Source: Candidatus Margulisiibacteriota bacterium (lineage in GTDB: Bacteria; Margulisbacteria; WOR-1; O2-12-FULL-45-9). Taken from it: DNA of 64,000 nt. Of the stretch, positions 10,166 through 19,461 are shown piece by piece. Position 1 is the stretch's first letter. Every line of letters begins with the position of its first letter. The notes beneath the pieces are model-generated. The model did not search any database and was not told where the DNA came from. It saw only the letters and a program-made list of their open reading frames with translations. Made by a program: the position numbers and the translations under genes. The stretch is from positions 1 through 64,000 of the forward strand of contig JAYEOW010000029.1 in NCBI GenBank assembly GCA_034723395.1, written 5' to 3'.

Positions 10166-11047
10166 TTATACCTCCTGGAAACTTTTTACTTCAACGCTCC
10201 GGTCACATTTTTTGATCAAGCCGGCAAGGATATTTCCTGAACCGACTTCAATAAAACTTTTGGTACCGTCCGCGACCATTTTCTTTACCGAATCTTCCCA
10301 CTTGACCGGATTGGTAACCTGTTTGTATAAAAGGTCCCTTATCTCGGGCCCATTAGTGGCATAATCGGCGGTGACATTTGCCACCACCGGGATCTGAGCG
10401 TCTTTAACCTCGATCTTATCGAGCTCAGCTTTAAGTTTATCGGCCGCCGGCTGCATTAGAGCGCAATGAAAGGGGGCGCTAACCTGTAAAGGGACTGTTC
10501 GCTTTGCTCCAGCCTCTTTACAAAGGGCCGAAGCCTTTTCTACCGCCTCTTTTTTCCCTGAGATCACGACCTGTCCGGGAGAGTTTAAGTTTGCAGCAGA
10601 AACAACTCCAAGCTCAGATGCCTTGATACAGCAATTATCAACCTGATCTTTTGCTAGTCCTATAATTGCCGCCATGCTTCCCTCACCTAAGGGGACCGCT
10701 TCCTGCATAAATTTTCCACGCAAATTTACGATCCTGACCGCATCCTCAAAGGTGATCGAACCGGCTGCCACTAAAGCTGAGTATTCACCAAGGCTGTGTC
10801 CGGCAACGGCTGAAGGGGAGGGGATCCCTTTATTTTTTAAGAACTCGTACGCGGCAACGCTAACGGTTAAGATCGCGGGTTGGGTAATCTCGGTCTTTTT
10901 TAATTTATCTCCCGGGCCTTCAAAGCAGAGCTGCTTAAGATCAAAGCCAAGTATCTGGTTAGCTCTGTCCAAATAGGCTTCAGCCAAGTTTTTGCCCATA
11001 CCTATAACTTGTGACCCTTGTCCAGGGAACACAAAGGCGGTCTTCAT
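10166..11047 (-). CDS. fabD: Malonyl-CoA:ACP transacylase
   Basis: FPGQGSQ, GHSLGEY, SAPFH. Confidence 0.96.
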   Translation of the reverse strand: MKTAFVFPGQGSQVIGMGKNLAEAYLDRANQILGFDLKQLCFEGPGDKLKKTEITQPAILTVSVAAYEFLKNKGIPSPSAVAGHSLGEYSALVAAGSITFEDAVRIVNLRGKFMQEAVPLGEGSMAAIIGLAKDQVDNCCIKASELGVVSAANLNSPGQVVISGKKEAVEKASALCKEAGAKRTVPLQVSAPFHCALMQPAADKLKAELDKIEVKDAQIPVVANVTADYATNGPEIRDLLYKQVTNPVKWEDSVKKMVADGTKSFIEVGSGNILAGLIKKCDRSVEVKSFQEV

Positions 11048-11051
11048 GGTA

Positions 11052-12266
11052 CTATCCTCGTATTTCTTTTAATTTGTTGGTCAACATAGGGACAAACTGG
11101 AACAAGTCCCCAACAATACCGTAGGTAGCGACCTTAAAGATCGGGGCATCCGGATCTTTGTTGATCGCTATAATAATATCTGATGATTGCATTCCAACTA
11201 AGTGTTGGATCTTTCCCGAGATCCCGCAGGCGATATAAAGTTTCGGGGCAACTGTTTTACCCGTTTGTCCAACTTGGTGGTGCGCAGAAATCCAGCCGGC
11301 GTCAACCGTGGCGCGGGATGCGCCTACCGCCCCGCCAAGCTCCTTTGCCAAGTCTTCGATCAGCTTAAAGTTTTTCGCTTCGCCGATCCCGCGGCCGCCG
11401 GAGACGATAATTTCAGCCTCAGTTAAATTTACCTTAATTGATTCATCTTTAATGATCTCAATAAGTTTTACGATCAGGTCTTCCGGGCTAACCACTGGAT
11501 TAAATTTGATAAGCTCACCTTTTCTCCCCTCTTCTTTGTCCAGTTTTCTGAAAACTTTTGGCCTAACGGTGGCCATTTGCGGACGGTTGTCGGGGGAAAT
11601 AATAGTGGCCATAATATTGCCGCCAAAAGCGGGGCGGGTTTGTTGCAGTATTTTCTTTTCCGGGTCGATTGACAGCCCGGTACAATCGGCGGTCAATCCT
11701 GCGCCGATGCGGATCGCTAAACGAGCGGCCAGGTCTCTCCCCATGGTGGTTGCGCCAAGGAGAAAAACTTCTGGTTTATACTTGGTTAGTAGTTCAGCGA
11801 TCGCGCGGGTATAAGGGAGTGTTTTATAATCTTTTAATTCATCGTGGTGGAGGAGATATACTTTATCTGCTCCGTAAGCAAAAAGGTGGGAGACCTCTTC
11901 TTCTATATCTTCTCCCCCGCAAAGGACGGCTGAAAGATCGGTCTTAAGATCGGTAGCCAGTTTTCTGCCTTCGCCCAAAAGTTCATATGCGACCGGTTGG
12001 ATCTTTCCCTCCCTCTGTTCGGCAAATACCCAAACCCCTTTGTGGTGGCTAAGGTCGGTAGAACTCTCTTTTTCGATCTTGATCTCGATCGCACCGAACT
12101 TACAAGCATCTACGCAAGCGCCGCAAAGAGTACATTTATCAAGGTCGATAATCGCCAGTTTTCTGGGATCCCCTTCTCTCGACTGCATTTCGATCGCGCC
12201 GAAAGGGCAAGCCTTAACGCATAAAGTACAGCCGCTACATTTATCAGCGAAAACCTGGATGCTCAT
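11052..12266 (-). CDS. etfA: Electron transfer flavoprotein alpha subunit with an N-terminal 2x[4Fe-4S] ferredoxin domain
   Basis: CSGCTLCVKACP and CTLCGACVDAC; GLTADCT, TRPAFGG, VSGGRG, QVGQTGK, GISGKIQH. Confidence 0.93.
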   Translation of the reverse strand: MSIQVFADKCSGCTLCVKACPFGAIEMQSREGDPRKLAIIDLDKCTLCGACVDACKFGAIEIKIEKESSTDLSHHKGVWVFAEQREGKIQPVAYELLGEGRKLATDLKTDLSAVLCGGEDIEEEVSHLFAYGADKVYLLHHDELKDYKTLPYTRAIAELLTKYKPEVFLLGATTMGRDLAARLAIRIGAGLTADCTGLSIDPEKKILQQTRPAFGGNIMATIISPDNRPQMATVRPKVFRKLDKEEGRKGELIKFNPVVSPEDLIVKLIEIIKDESIKVNLTEAEIIVSGGRGIGEAKNFKLIEDLAKELGGAVGASRATVDAGWISAHHQVGQTGKTVAPKLYIACGISGKIQHLVGMQSSDIIIAINKDPDAPIFKVATYGIVGDLFQFVPMLTNKLKEIRG

Positions 12267-13048
12267 CAGATTATCTTCCTCTCTTTGATCTTAGAAACTA
12301 AGCTGGAGACAACGTCCGCTGGTTCTCCCTGCAGGACCTCTCCTCCGCCTTTGGGAGGAGGGGTAAAGATCTTAACTACCTGGGTTGGAGAACCTTTTAA
12401 TCCCAGGTTTTTTTCATCAGCGTTGAGTTCCGCAGCCTTTAACGTTTTAATTTCGGCCTTTTTAGCGCGCATCATTCCCTTGAGCGATGGCATGCGCGGT
12501 TCGTTGATCTGCTTTACTACGGTGATTACCGCAGGAAATGGGGTTTCTACGACTTCATTAGCCTCCTCAAGAAGGCGTTCAACTTTTGCATTGTCACCTT
12601 CAGCTTCGATCTTAACCGCAAAAGTAACCGATGGAATATTTAACCATTCGGCGATCCCCGGTCCGACTTGAGCGGTATCCCCATCGATCGCTTGCTTACC
12701 ACAAAGGATCAAGTTGTAGTCGCCGATCTTTTTTATCGCCTGGGCGAGGGTGTAAGAGGTTGCCCAAGTGTCGGACCCGGCAAAAGCGCGGTCAGATATA
12801 AGATAAACTTCGTCCGCACCCATAGCAATGGTAGTTTTAAGGGCTTCTGCCGCCTGTGGGGGGCCCATAGTGATCACGGTAACTTTCCCTCCATGCTTTT
12901 CCTTTAGCTTTAGGGCGGCTTCCAGGGCATTTTCATCAAAAGGGTTAATGATGGACGGGACGCCCTCCCGGATCAGGGTATTGGTTTCAGGATCGATCCT
13001 GACCTCTGTTGTTTCCGGGACTTGTTTTATGCAAACTAGGATCTTCAT
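12266..13048 (-). CDS. etfB: Electron transfer flavoprotein beta subunit
   Basis: VCIKQVP, INPFD, DRAFAGSDT, CGKQAIDGDTAQVG. Confidence 0.95.
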   Translation of the reverse strand: MKILVCIKQVPETTEVRIDPETNTLIREGVPSIINPFDENALEAALKLKEKHGGKVTVITMGPPQAAEALKTTIAMGADEVYLISDRAFAGSDTWATSYTLAQAIKKIGDYNLILCGKQAIDGDTAQVGPGIAEWLNIPSVTFAVKIEAEGDNAKVERLLEEANEVVETPFPAVITVVKQINEPRMPSLKGMMRAKKAEIKTLKAAELNADEKNLGLKGSPTQVVKIFTPPPKGGGEVLQGEPADVVSSLVSKIKERKII

Positions 13049-14208
13049 TTCTTTTTCTTAATGTTTTCCTTGATAAGTTTTAGGGCGATTTCGTTTCTTT
13101 GTATTTGGTTGGTCCCTTCGTAGATCTGGGTGATCTTGGCGTCCCGCATCATTTTCTCAACCGGGTATTCGCGCATATATCCGTAACCGCCAAGGATTTG
13201 AACAGCATCGGTGGTGACCTTCATAGCTGTGTCTGATGCAAAAAGCTTTGACATGGAGGAATATAAAGTATAATCCTTCGATTTGGCATCGATCATTCTT
13301 GCTGTGGCATAGACCAGGGATCGAGCTGCTTCCAACCGGGTCGCCATGTCCGCTAAAATATGCTGGACGGCCTGAAAAGAAATGATCGGTTTTCCAAATT
13401 GTACGCGCTGGCGGGCATAACTGACTGCCTCATCAATCGCTCCCTGGGCAATTCCGAGCGCTTGTGCCCCGATTCCCGGACGGGTTATATCGAGGGTTTT
13501 CATGGCGACGATAAATCCCATCCCTTCGCGGGCGAGCAACTGGCTTTTATGTACCTTACAATCCTGGAAAACAAGTTCGCGGGTCGCGGAACAGCGGATC
13601 CCCATCTTTTTCTCTTTTTTGGCGAAGGTAAAGCCAGGGGTCCCTTTTTCGATGATAAAGGCCGACGCCCCGCGGCTCCCCTTGTTTTTATTGGTCATGG
13701 CGATCAATGTGTAAACCTCGGCCTCTCCGCCGTTGGTGATCCATTGCTTGGTCCCGTTTATGACATAGTAATCGCCGTCCTTAACCGCGGTAGTTTCTAC
13801 CCCGGCGGCGTCTGATCCGGCATTTGCTTCGGTAAGTCCGAAAGCTGCCAGTTTCTTGCCGGCGGCAATATCGGGCATATATTTTAATTTCTGTTCGTGA
13901 GAGCCGAAAAGCAGGATTGGGGCGGATCCGAGGGCGGAGGCGGCAAAGGTGACGCCTACTCCTCCGCAGGCGCGGCTGATTTCTTCGGTAGCCAGGCAGA
14001 AATTAAATATTTTCTGGCCCATTCCGCCGTACTCTTCCGGGATGTAGAGGCCGCAGAGATCGGCGTCGGCTAAAGCTTTAATTATATCCCAAGGGAACTC
14101 TTCTTTTTCGTCCAGTTCCGCGCGTACCGGAACAATCTTTTCAACCGCGACCTTACGTGCCAGCTCCCTGATCATCTGTTCTTCTTCAGTTAGCATGTAA
14201 TCGAGCAT
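13045..14208 (-). CDS. Acyl-CoA dehydrogenase (Bcd-like)
   Basis: FGLTEANAGSD, NGTKQWITNG, KMGIR, RVQFGKPI, QILGGYGY, IYEGTNQIQR. Confidence 0.93.
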   Translation of the reverse strand: MLDYMLTEEEQMIRELARKVAVEKIVPVRAELDEKEEFPWDIIKALADADLCGLYIPEEYGGMGQKIFNFCLATEEISRACGGVGVTFAASALGSAPILLFGSHEQKLKYMPDIAAGKKLAAFGLTEANAGSDAAGVETTAVKDGDYYVINGTKQWITNGGEAEVYTLIAMTNKNKGSRGASAFIIEKGTPGFTFAKKEKKMGIRCSATRELVFQDCKVHKSQLLAREGMGFIVAMKTLDITRPGIGAQALGIAQGAIDEAVSYARQRVQFGKPIISFQAVQHILADMATRLEAARSLVYATARMIDAKSKDYTLYSSMSKLFASDTAMKVTTDAVQILGGYGYMREYPVEKMMRDAKITQIYEGTNQIQRNEIALKLIKENIKKKK

Positions 14209-14211
14209 TTT

Positions 14212-15180
14212 TTATCCTTCCCACCTAATAATATTGGCTCCGCAGGTCAGGCCGGCGCCAAACCCGGAAAGGGCCACAACATTGCCCTTTTTTATCTTAC
14301 CATCAGACAATGCTTCATCCAGTGCCAGGGGGATCGAAGCGGCCGAGGTATTACCGTATCTGTGAAGATTAACATAAACTTTTTCTTTTGGCAATCCCAT
14401 TTTCTTGCTAACATGGTCAATAATCCGCGAGTTTGCCTGGTGGGGGATTAGCAGGTCGATATCGCTTACTTTTAAGTTTGCTTTCTCAAGCGCTCCGTAC
14501 AGGGACTCCTCTAATACCCTTACCGCAAACTTAAAAACTTCTTTACCGTCCATGGTTATAAAACGGCCATTCTGGTTTTCCGGATCGCGCGAGCCTCCTC
14601 CCGGCATGACCAAATGATGTCCGAGATGTCCCTCTGCTTTTAGCCAGCTGGCCAGAACCCCGGATCCGTCATCTTTTGCTGTTAATACTGTCGCTCCCGC
14701 GCCATCTCCAAACAGGATGCAGGTCCCACGATCTTTCCAGTTAAGGTACTTTGTTAGCGTATCTGCGCCGACCACCAGTATGTTTTTATAATTGCCGTTT
14801 TCAATAAAGGTTGATCCGACAGTTAGGGCGTAATTAAATCCCGAACAAGCGGCAGACACATCGAATGCCGCCGCTTTGGTTGCTTTTAAGCGGTTTTGAA
14901 GGATACAACCAACGGAGGGAAAGAGATAGTCAGGAGAAGTTGTTCCGACAATAATCAGGTCGAGCTCTTCGGCCGGGAAATTCGCCTTTTGCAGCGCTCT
15001 TTCAGCGGCGATAAAGGCAAGATCCGAAGTTGATGTCCCGTAGTCCGAAATCCTTCTTTCCTGGATCCCGGTACGGGTCCGTATCCAATCATCGGACGTT
15101 TCGACTATTTTACCGAGATCATCATTGTTTATAACCTTTGGCGGGGCACAGGAGCCGACGCCGATTATTGAAGCCCTCAT
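14212..15180 (-). CDS. fabH: Beta-ketoacyl-ACP synthase III
   Basis: AACSG, PHQAN, YGNTS catalytic triad motifs. Confidence 0.96.
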   Translation of the reverse strand: MRASIIGVGSCAPPKVINNDDLGKIVETSDDWIRTRTGIQERRISDYGTSTSDLAFIAAERALQKANFPAEELDLIIVGTTSPDYLFPSVGCILQNRLKATKAAAFDVSAACSGFNYALTVGSTFIENGNYKNILVVGADTLTKYLNWKDRGTCILFGDGAGATVLTAKDDGSGVLASWLKAEGHLGHHLVMPGGGSRDPENQNGRFITMDGKEVFKFAVRVLEESLYGALEKANLKVSDIDLLIPHQANSRIIDHVSKKMGLPKEKVYVNLHRYGNTSAASIPLALDEALSDGKIKKGNVVALSGFGAGLTCGANIIRWEG

Positions 15181-16169
15181 AAACTTTCGCCTACTTTCGA
15201 TATCGCGCCAACCATGTTGTTTTCGACCGCTTCAAAAGATTCGCGGATCGCGTTCTTGATCGCCCGCGCTTTGGAGCGGCCATGAGCCTTGTAAACTACA
15301 GCCGATATGCCGAGCAGTGGAGCGCCGCCGTATTCATCGTAGGTGATTTTCTTTCGAAGCCTAAGGAGCGCCGGTAAAAGGAGGGCTAACCCGACCTTAT
15401 TTAGAATTCCCCTGGAAAGCTCTCCCTTAAGAAGGTTAAATATCACCCCGGCAATACTTTCGCCAAATTTTAAGATCAAGTTGCCGACAAATCCGTCGCA
15501 GACGATGACATCCGCTTTGCCGTTAAATATTTCTTTGGACTCGACGTTACCGATAAAATTAAGAGGCAATTTTTCGAGCAGCAGCCAGGTTTCGCGGGTA
15601 AGCTCGTTCCCTTTTTCTTTTTCCTCGCCGATATTCAAAAGCCCGACCTCCGGGCTTTTGATATGCAGAACATGCTGGGCGTACAGACTTCCCATCATGG
15701 CAAACTGTTCCAGGTGTTTTGGCTTGCAATCGACATTTGCCCCCATGTCCAGGAGGAGGACCTTTCCGGAGGGGAGAGGGAATTCGGTAGCAATGGCGGG
15801 ACGTTCGATCCCTTTTATTCTTCCGAGCTTAAAAAGGGAGGCGGCCATCAGGGCGCCTGTGCTTCCCGCAGAAACGACCGCGTCCGCCTTTCCTTCTTTT
15901 ACCAGCGATACGGCCACATTTACCGATGCCCCCTTCTTTTGTTTGACTGCCTGGGCGGGAGCCTCGTCCATATCGATCACTTCGGTGGAGTTTACAATGC
16001 CAAGCTTTTCCTTGTCTTTGTAGCAAGAAAGCTCTTTTTCAACGCGGGATTGGTTTCCGACTAAAATAATTTCGGCGTCCGGGAGCTCACGGCTGGCAAG
16101 GACGGCGCCTTTAATAATCTCGGAAGGAGCGTGGTCCCCCCCCATTGCATCGAGGGCGATCCTAGTCAT
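15177..16169 (-). CDS. plsX: Phosphate acyltransferase
   Basis: IALDAMGGDHAP, DMGANVD, VCDGFVGN, YGGAPLLG. Confidence 0.96.
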   Translation of the reverse strand: MTRIALDAMGGDHAPSEIIKGAVLASRELPDAEIILVGNQSRVEKELSCYKDKEKLGIVNSTEVIDMDEAPAQAVKQKKGASVNVAVSLVKEGKADAVVSAGSTGALMAASLFKLGRIKGIERPAIATEFPLPSGKVLLLDMGANVDCKPKHLEQFAMMGSLYAQHVLHIKSPEVGLLNIGEEKEKGNELTRETWLLLEKLPLNFIGNVESKEIFNGKADVIVCDGFVGNLILKFGESIAGVIFNLLKGELSRGILNKVGLALLLPALLRLRKKITYDEYGGAPLLGISAVVYKAHGRSKARAIKNAIRESFEAVENNMVGAISKVGESL

Positions 16170-16376
16170 TTATTCTTTTCCCTTCTTGCCTTTTTTCTCT
16201 TTTTTATTTTTTATGGTACGGCCTTTGTAGGTGCCGCAGGAGGGGCAGGCGTGGTGGGGGAGAGAGGGCGCGCCGCATTGCGGGCACTTCCCGTGAAGGG
16301 TTGCGGAAAGGCGATAATTACTGGACCGTCGCTTCCCCTGTCTAACATTTGAATGTCTTTTTTTGGGCATTGGCAT
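16170..16376 (-). CDS. rpmF: 50S ribosomal protein L32 (Zn-binding type)
   Basis: MPMPKKRHS...CPQC...HHACPSCGTYKGR; yceD-rpmF-plsX synteny. Confidence 0.95.
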   Translation of the reverse strand: MPMPKKRHSNVRQGKRRSSNYRLSATLHGKCPQCGAPSLPHHACPSCGTYKGRTIKNKKEKKGKKGKE

Positions 16377-16379
16377 GGT

Positions 16380-16814
16380 TTATTTTTCTCCTTTAATTCC
16401 TTTGCAGTCCGGGCTGCACAAAGTTTTTATTGGTATCGATAATAAAAGGTCCTGCCGGATCATTTCACTAAGATCGATCGTATTGTCTTCTTCGATCGGG
16501 TAGACAAAATCCTCCGGACGGAGCTCCGTGCTCCCGCTGCTTTTCGAGATGAAAGGCTCTTTGGAAAATTCCTCTTCCAGATCGATCGCAAGCGGGACCT
16601 TATATTTTTTCAGGCATCTTGAGCATTCAAGCTCGGCTTCGGTTTCGGCAGTGCCGGTTAGATAGACCGAATCCCCGACATTTACCAGATGAAGCTGGAC
16701 CTTGACCGGTTTTGAAAGGTTGAGATCGTCATCGGGGAAACTGATTTTGTCAGTTTCTTCGATATCCACCTCGTTCCCAGCCTTTTGCAAGACTTCCGTA
16801 AGGTCAATTTTCAT
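16380..16814 (-). CDS. yceD: DUF177/YceD family protein
   Basis: ECSRCL and LCSPDCKG motifs; upstream of rpmF; start taken at MKIDL. Confidence 0.9.
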   Translation of the reverse strand: MKIDLTEVLQKAGNEVDIEETDKISFPDDDLNLSKPVKVQLHLVNVGDSVYLTGTAETEAELECSRCLKKYKVPLAIDLEEEFSKEPFISKSSGSTELRPEDFVYPIEEDNTIDLSEMIRQDLLLSIPIKTLCSPDCKGIKGEK

Positions 16815-16870
16815 CCTTAAAGCCTTTCGGGACAACAAGGGTTAATTATACTGAAGTTTGGGGGGGGTTG

Positions 16871-17749
16871 TCAATGTGTCGCCCGGGGATGGGCCGAATC
16901 GTAGACCTCCTTAAGCCGCTCTTTAGTAATATGCGTGTAAACCTGAGTGGTCGAAAGTGAAACGTGGCCGAGAAGCTCTTGAACTACCCGAAGGTCGGCT
17001 CCGCCTGACAAAAGATGGGTTGCAAATGAATGTCGAAGAGTATGTGGAGTGACTTTCTTAGAGATCCCCGCTTTTTTTGTGTAGTAAACGATCATTCTCT
17101 CGACGGAACGGGTGGTCAATCTCCCTCCACGGTGGTTTATAAAAAGGGCTGGGTTTTTATTGCCGGAAAGAAGCCCTGTTCTTCCTTCTTTAATATAATT
17201 CGATAGGGCTTTTTTTGCGTGAGAGCCGAAAAGGACGATCCGCTCTTTTGACCCTTTCCCTAAAACCTTGATTTCCCCCTCATCAAAGTCGATATCATTG
17301 AGGTTTATGCGAATGATCTCGGTAACGCGCAGGCCGGTCCCGTAGATTAATTCTAAAATTGTTTTATCGCGCAAGCCTTTTGCCTTTCTTAGGTCGGGAG
17401 CCGTAAACAGCGAATTAATCTCTTCCGGATAGAGGAAGTTTGGAAGTTTTTTTGGGAGCTTAGGAGTTAACAGATTTTCAAACGGGTTCTGTTTGATGAT
17501 TTTTTCCCGGGAGAGGAAGCGAAAGAAAGATCTGGCGGATGAAAGTTTCCGCGCAATTGATCGGCGGGAAAACTTTCTTTTCTCGAGCGCCGAGAGATAT
17601 TCTCTGGCAGATGCCCGGTTAACCTTTTTGATGTCGACAAGTTTAGCCAATGATCTTAAGTCGCGCTGATAGTTGCTTAATGTGTGAGGGGAGTAGTTTC
17701 GTTCGGTTTTTAAGTATTTAATGAATTGATCGATCAGATCAGAGGCCAT
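16871..17749 (-). CDS. xerC: Tyrosine recombinase XerC/XerD family
   Basis: ERNYSPHT, GLRVTE, GKGSKER, PHTLRHSFATH, LLGH, TTQVYTH, HPRA. Confidence 0.88.
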   Translation of the reverse strand: MASDLIDQFIKYLKTERNYSPHTLSNYQRDLRSLAKLVDIKKVNRASAREYLSALEKRKFSRRSIARKLSSARSFFRFLSREKIIKQNPFENLLTPKLPKKLPNFLYPEEINSLFTAPDLRKAKGLRDKTILELIYGTGLRVTEIIRINLNDIDFDEGEIKVLGKGSKERIVLFGSHAKKALSNYIKEGRTGLLSGNKNPALFINHRGGRLTTRSVERMIVYYTKKAGISKKVTPHTLRHSFATHLLSGGADLRVVQELLGHVSLSTTQVYTHITKERLKEVYDSAHPRATH

Positions 17750-18164
17750 ACTTGGTTCTTTTTTCAGCGGTCAGCGGGAGATAATCGTTCCCTTCTTTAA
17801 CTAGCCTTACCGGTTCTTCTGCGGGGCGGGTATCAATGTGGATGTAGTCTGCTTTAGGGTAGAAAACCATTCCTCTAAGCTCGGGGATCGTTTCGCAATA
17901 TTTAAAAAGGTCTTGTGTCGAAATACCGTCAATCATAATATGGGCTGCTTTACCCATGGTATGGAAACTTCTTTTCGGCTTGTTCAGTTTTTCATAATAA
18001 TCGTCGCACCAGTAAGCAGTTGCGATTTTTACCCGTTTTCGAAAATGACCGCCGATCTGTTCGAGCGCGCCGACTAATCCGAGATGAACTCGATATGCCC
18101 CTTTACACTGCGGACAGCGGCAGGCAAAATCTTTGTTGCTAAAATGTTCGCTTAGATTACCCAT
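17739..18164 (-). CDS. Peptidase M15A / YcbK-like Zn metallopeptidase, atypical active site
   Basis: LSEHFSNKDFACRC, SFHTMGKAAH, YIHIDTR. Confidence 0.75.
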   Translation of the reverse strand: MGNLSEHFSNKDFACRCPQCKGAYRVHLGLVGALEQIGGHFRKRVKIATAYWCDDYYEKLNKPKRSFHTMGKAAHIMIDGISTQDLFKYCETIPELRGMVFYPKADYIHIDTRPAEEPVRLVKEGNDYLPLTAEKRTKYGL

Positions 18165-18190
18165 GCTATAAACATTATATATACTTTATA

Positions 18191-18219
18191 TTGACAAAGC
18201 AAATATAGGACTTTATAAT
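18191..18219 (+). promoter_or_regulatory. Consensus sigma70 promoter of metK
   Basis: TTGACA(18191-18196)-17 bp-TATAAT(18214-18219); GGAGG SD before ATG 18271. Confidence 0.85.
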
Positions 18220-18270
18220 GAAAACACTACATTAAAAGTTCCGGTCCGCTCATATGAGGGAGGAAATAAA

Positions 18271-19461
18271 ATGGAGAAACGACATCTTTTTACATCAGAA
18301 TCGGTTACCGAAGGGCATCCCGATAAAGTTTGCGACCAGGTTTCGGACGCCATCTTAGACGCGATCGTCGAGAAGGACCCCCCCGGACGCGTTGCGGTTG
18401 AAACGTTAGTTACCAATGGATTAGCAATTGTGGCAGGGGAAGTTACTACCGGTTGTTATGTTGATATCCCCAAAATAGTTAGAAAAACGATCAAAGATAT
18501 CGGATATACCCGCGCTAAGTACGGGTTCGATTATGAAACCTGCGGAGTGATGGTGGCAATTAAGGAACAGTCCAAAGATATTGCCCGCGGGGTGGATAAG
18601 GCGCTGGAGATCAGGGGTGGAGAAGTAATAAAAGAAGACCTGGAGGGACTAGGCGCTGGAGACCAGGGACTAATGTTTGGTTATGCCTGTGATGAGACAG
18701 AAGAGTTGATGCCGCTTCCGATCGTTCTGTCGCATAAGCTTTCACAGAAATTAGCCGATGTACGAAAGACCGGCGAATTAGATTACTTAAGGCCGGACGG
18801 AAAATCCCAGGTAACAATTGAATACGATAAAGACAAACCGATCAGGGTCCACACTGCGCTAATCGCCGCACAGCATTCACCCGAAGTAAAAATGGACAGG
18901 ATAAGGGAAGATATTTTGGAAAGAGTGATCCTGCCGATCCTTCCTGAAGAAATGGTCGATGATAAGATCAAGCATTATGTAAATCCTACCGGCCGGTTTG
19001 TGATCGGCGGACCGCAGGGGGATAGCGGGGTGACCGGCAGAAAAATTATTGTCGATACTTATGGCGGATACTCCCGTCACGGCGGCGGAGCTTTTTCCGG
19101 CAAGGACCCGACAAAAGTTGACCGTTCCGGGACTTATGCGGCGCGCTGGGTCGCTAAAAATATTGTTGCATCCGGATTAGCTAAACGCTGTGAAGTTCAG
19201 CTTGCTTATGCGATCGGGATTGCCCGGCCGCTATCGATCATGGTCGATACTTTTGGGTCGGGAAAGATCGCGGACGGCAAGATCGCAAAATTGGTAGATG
19301 AAATATTTGATCTCCGTCCGGGAATGATCATCAAAGAGCTTGACCTTAGGCGTCCGCTCTATTTGCAGGTTGCTGCTTATGGGCATTTTGGCAGGCTCGA
19401 CCTGGACCTTCCTTGGGAGAATACCGATAAGGCTAAAGAGCTAAAGAAAAAAGCTAGTTAA
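18271..19461 (+). CDS. metK: S-adenosylmethionine synthetase
   Basis: [35 protein letters not shown]. Confidence 0.98.
   Translation: MEKRHLFTSESVTEGHPDKVCDQVSDAILDAIVEKDPPGRVAVETLVTNGLAIVAGEVTTGCYVDIPKIVRKTIKDIGYTRAKYGFDYETCGVMVAIKEQSKDIARGVDKALEIRGGEVIKEDLEGLGAGDQGLMFGYACDETEELMPLPIVLSHKLSQKLADVRKTGELDYLRPDGKSQVTIEYDKDKPIRVHTALIAAQHSPEVKMDRIREDILERVILPILPEEMVDDKIKHYVNPTGRFVIGGPQGDSGVTGRKIIVDTYGGYSRHGGGAFSGKDPTKVDRSGTYAARWVAKNIVASGLAKRCEVQLAYAIGIARPLSIMVDTFGSGKIADGKIAKLVDEIFDLRPGMIIKELDLRRPLYLQVAAYGHFGRLDLDLPWENTDKAKELKKKAS

Noticed and set aside
16871..17749. Tyrosine recombinase as a prophage or island integrase
   Set aside because: Size and motifs fit chromosomal XerC/D; flanked by housekeeping genes; no att sites or phage genes.
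18220..18270. SAM riboswitch upstream of metK
   Set aside because: The leader after the consensus promoter is only about 45 nt and shows no SAM-I core; just a short CTCATATGAG palindrome.
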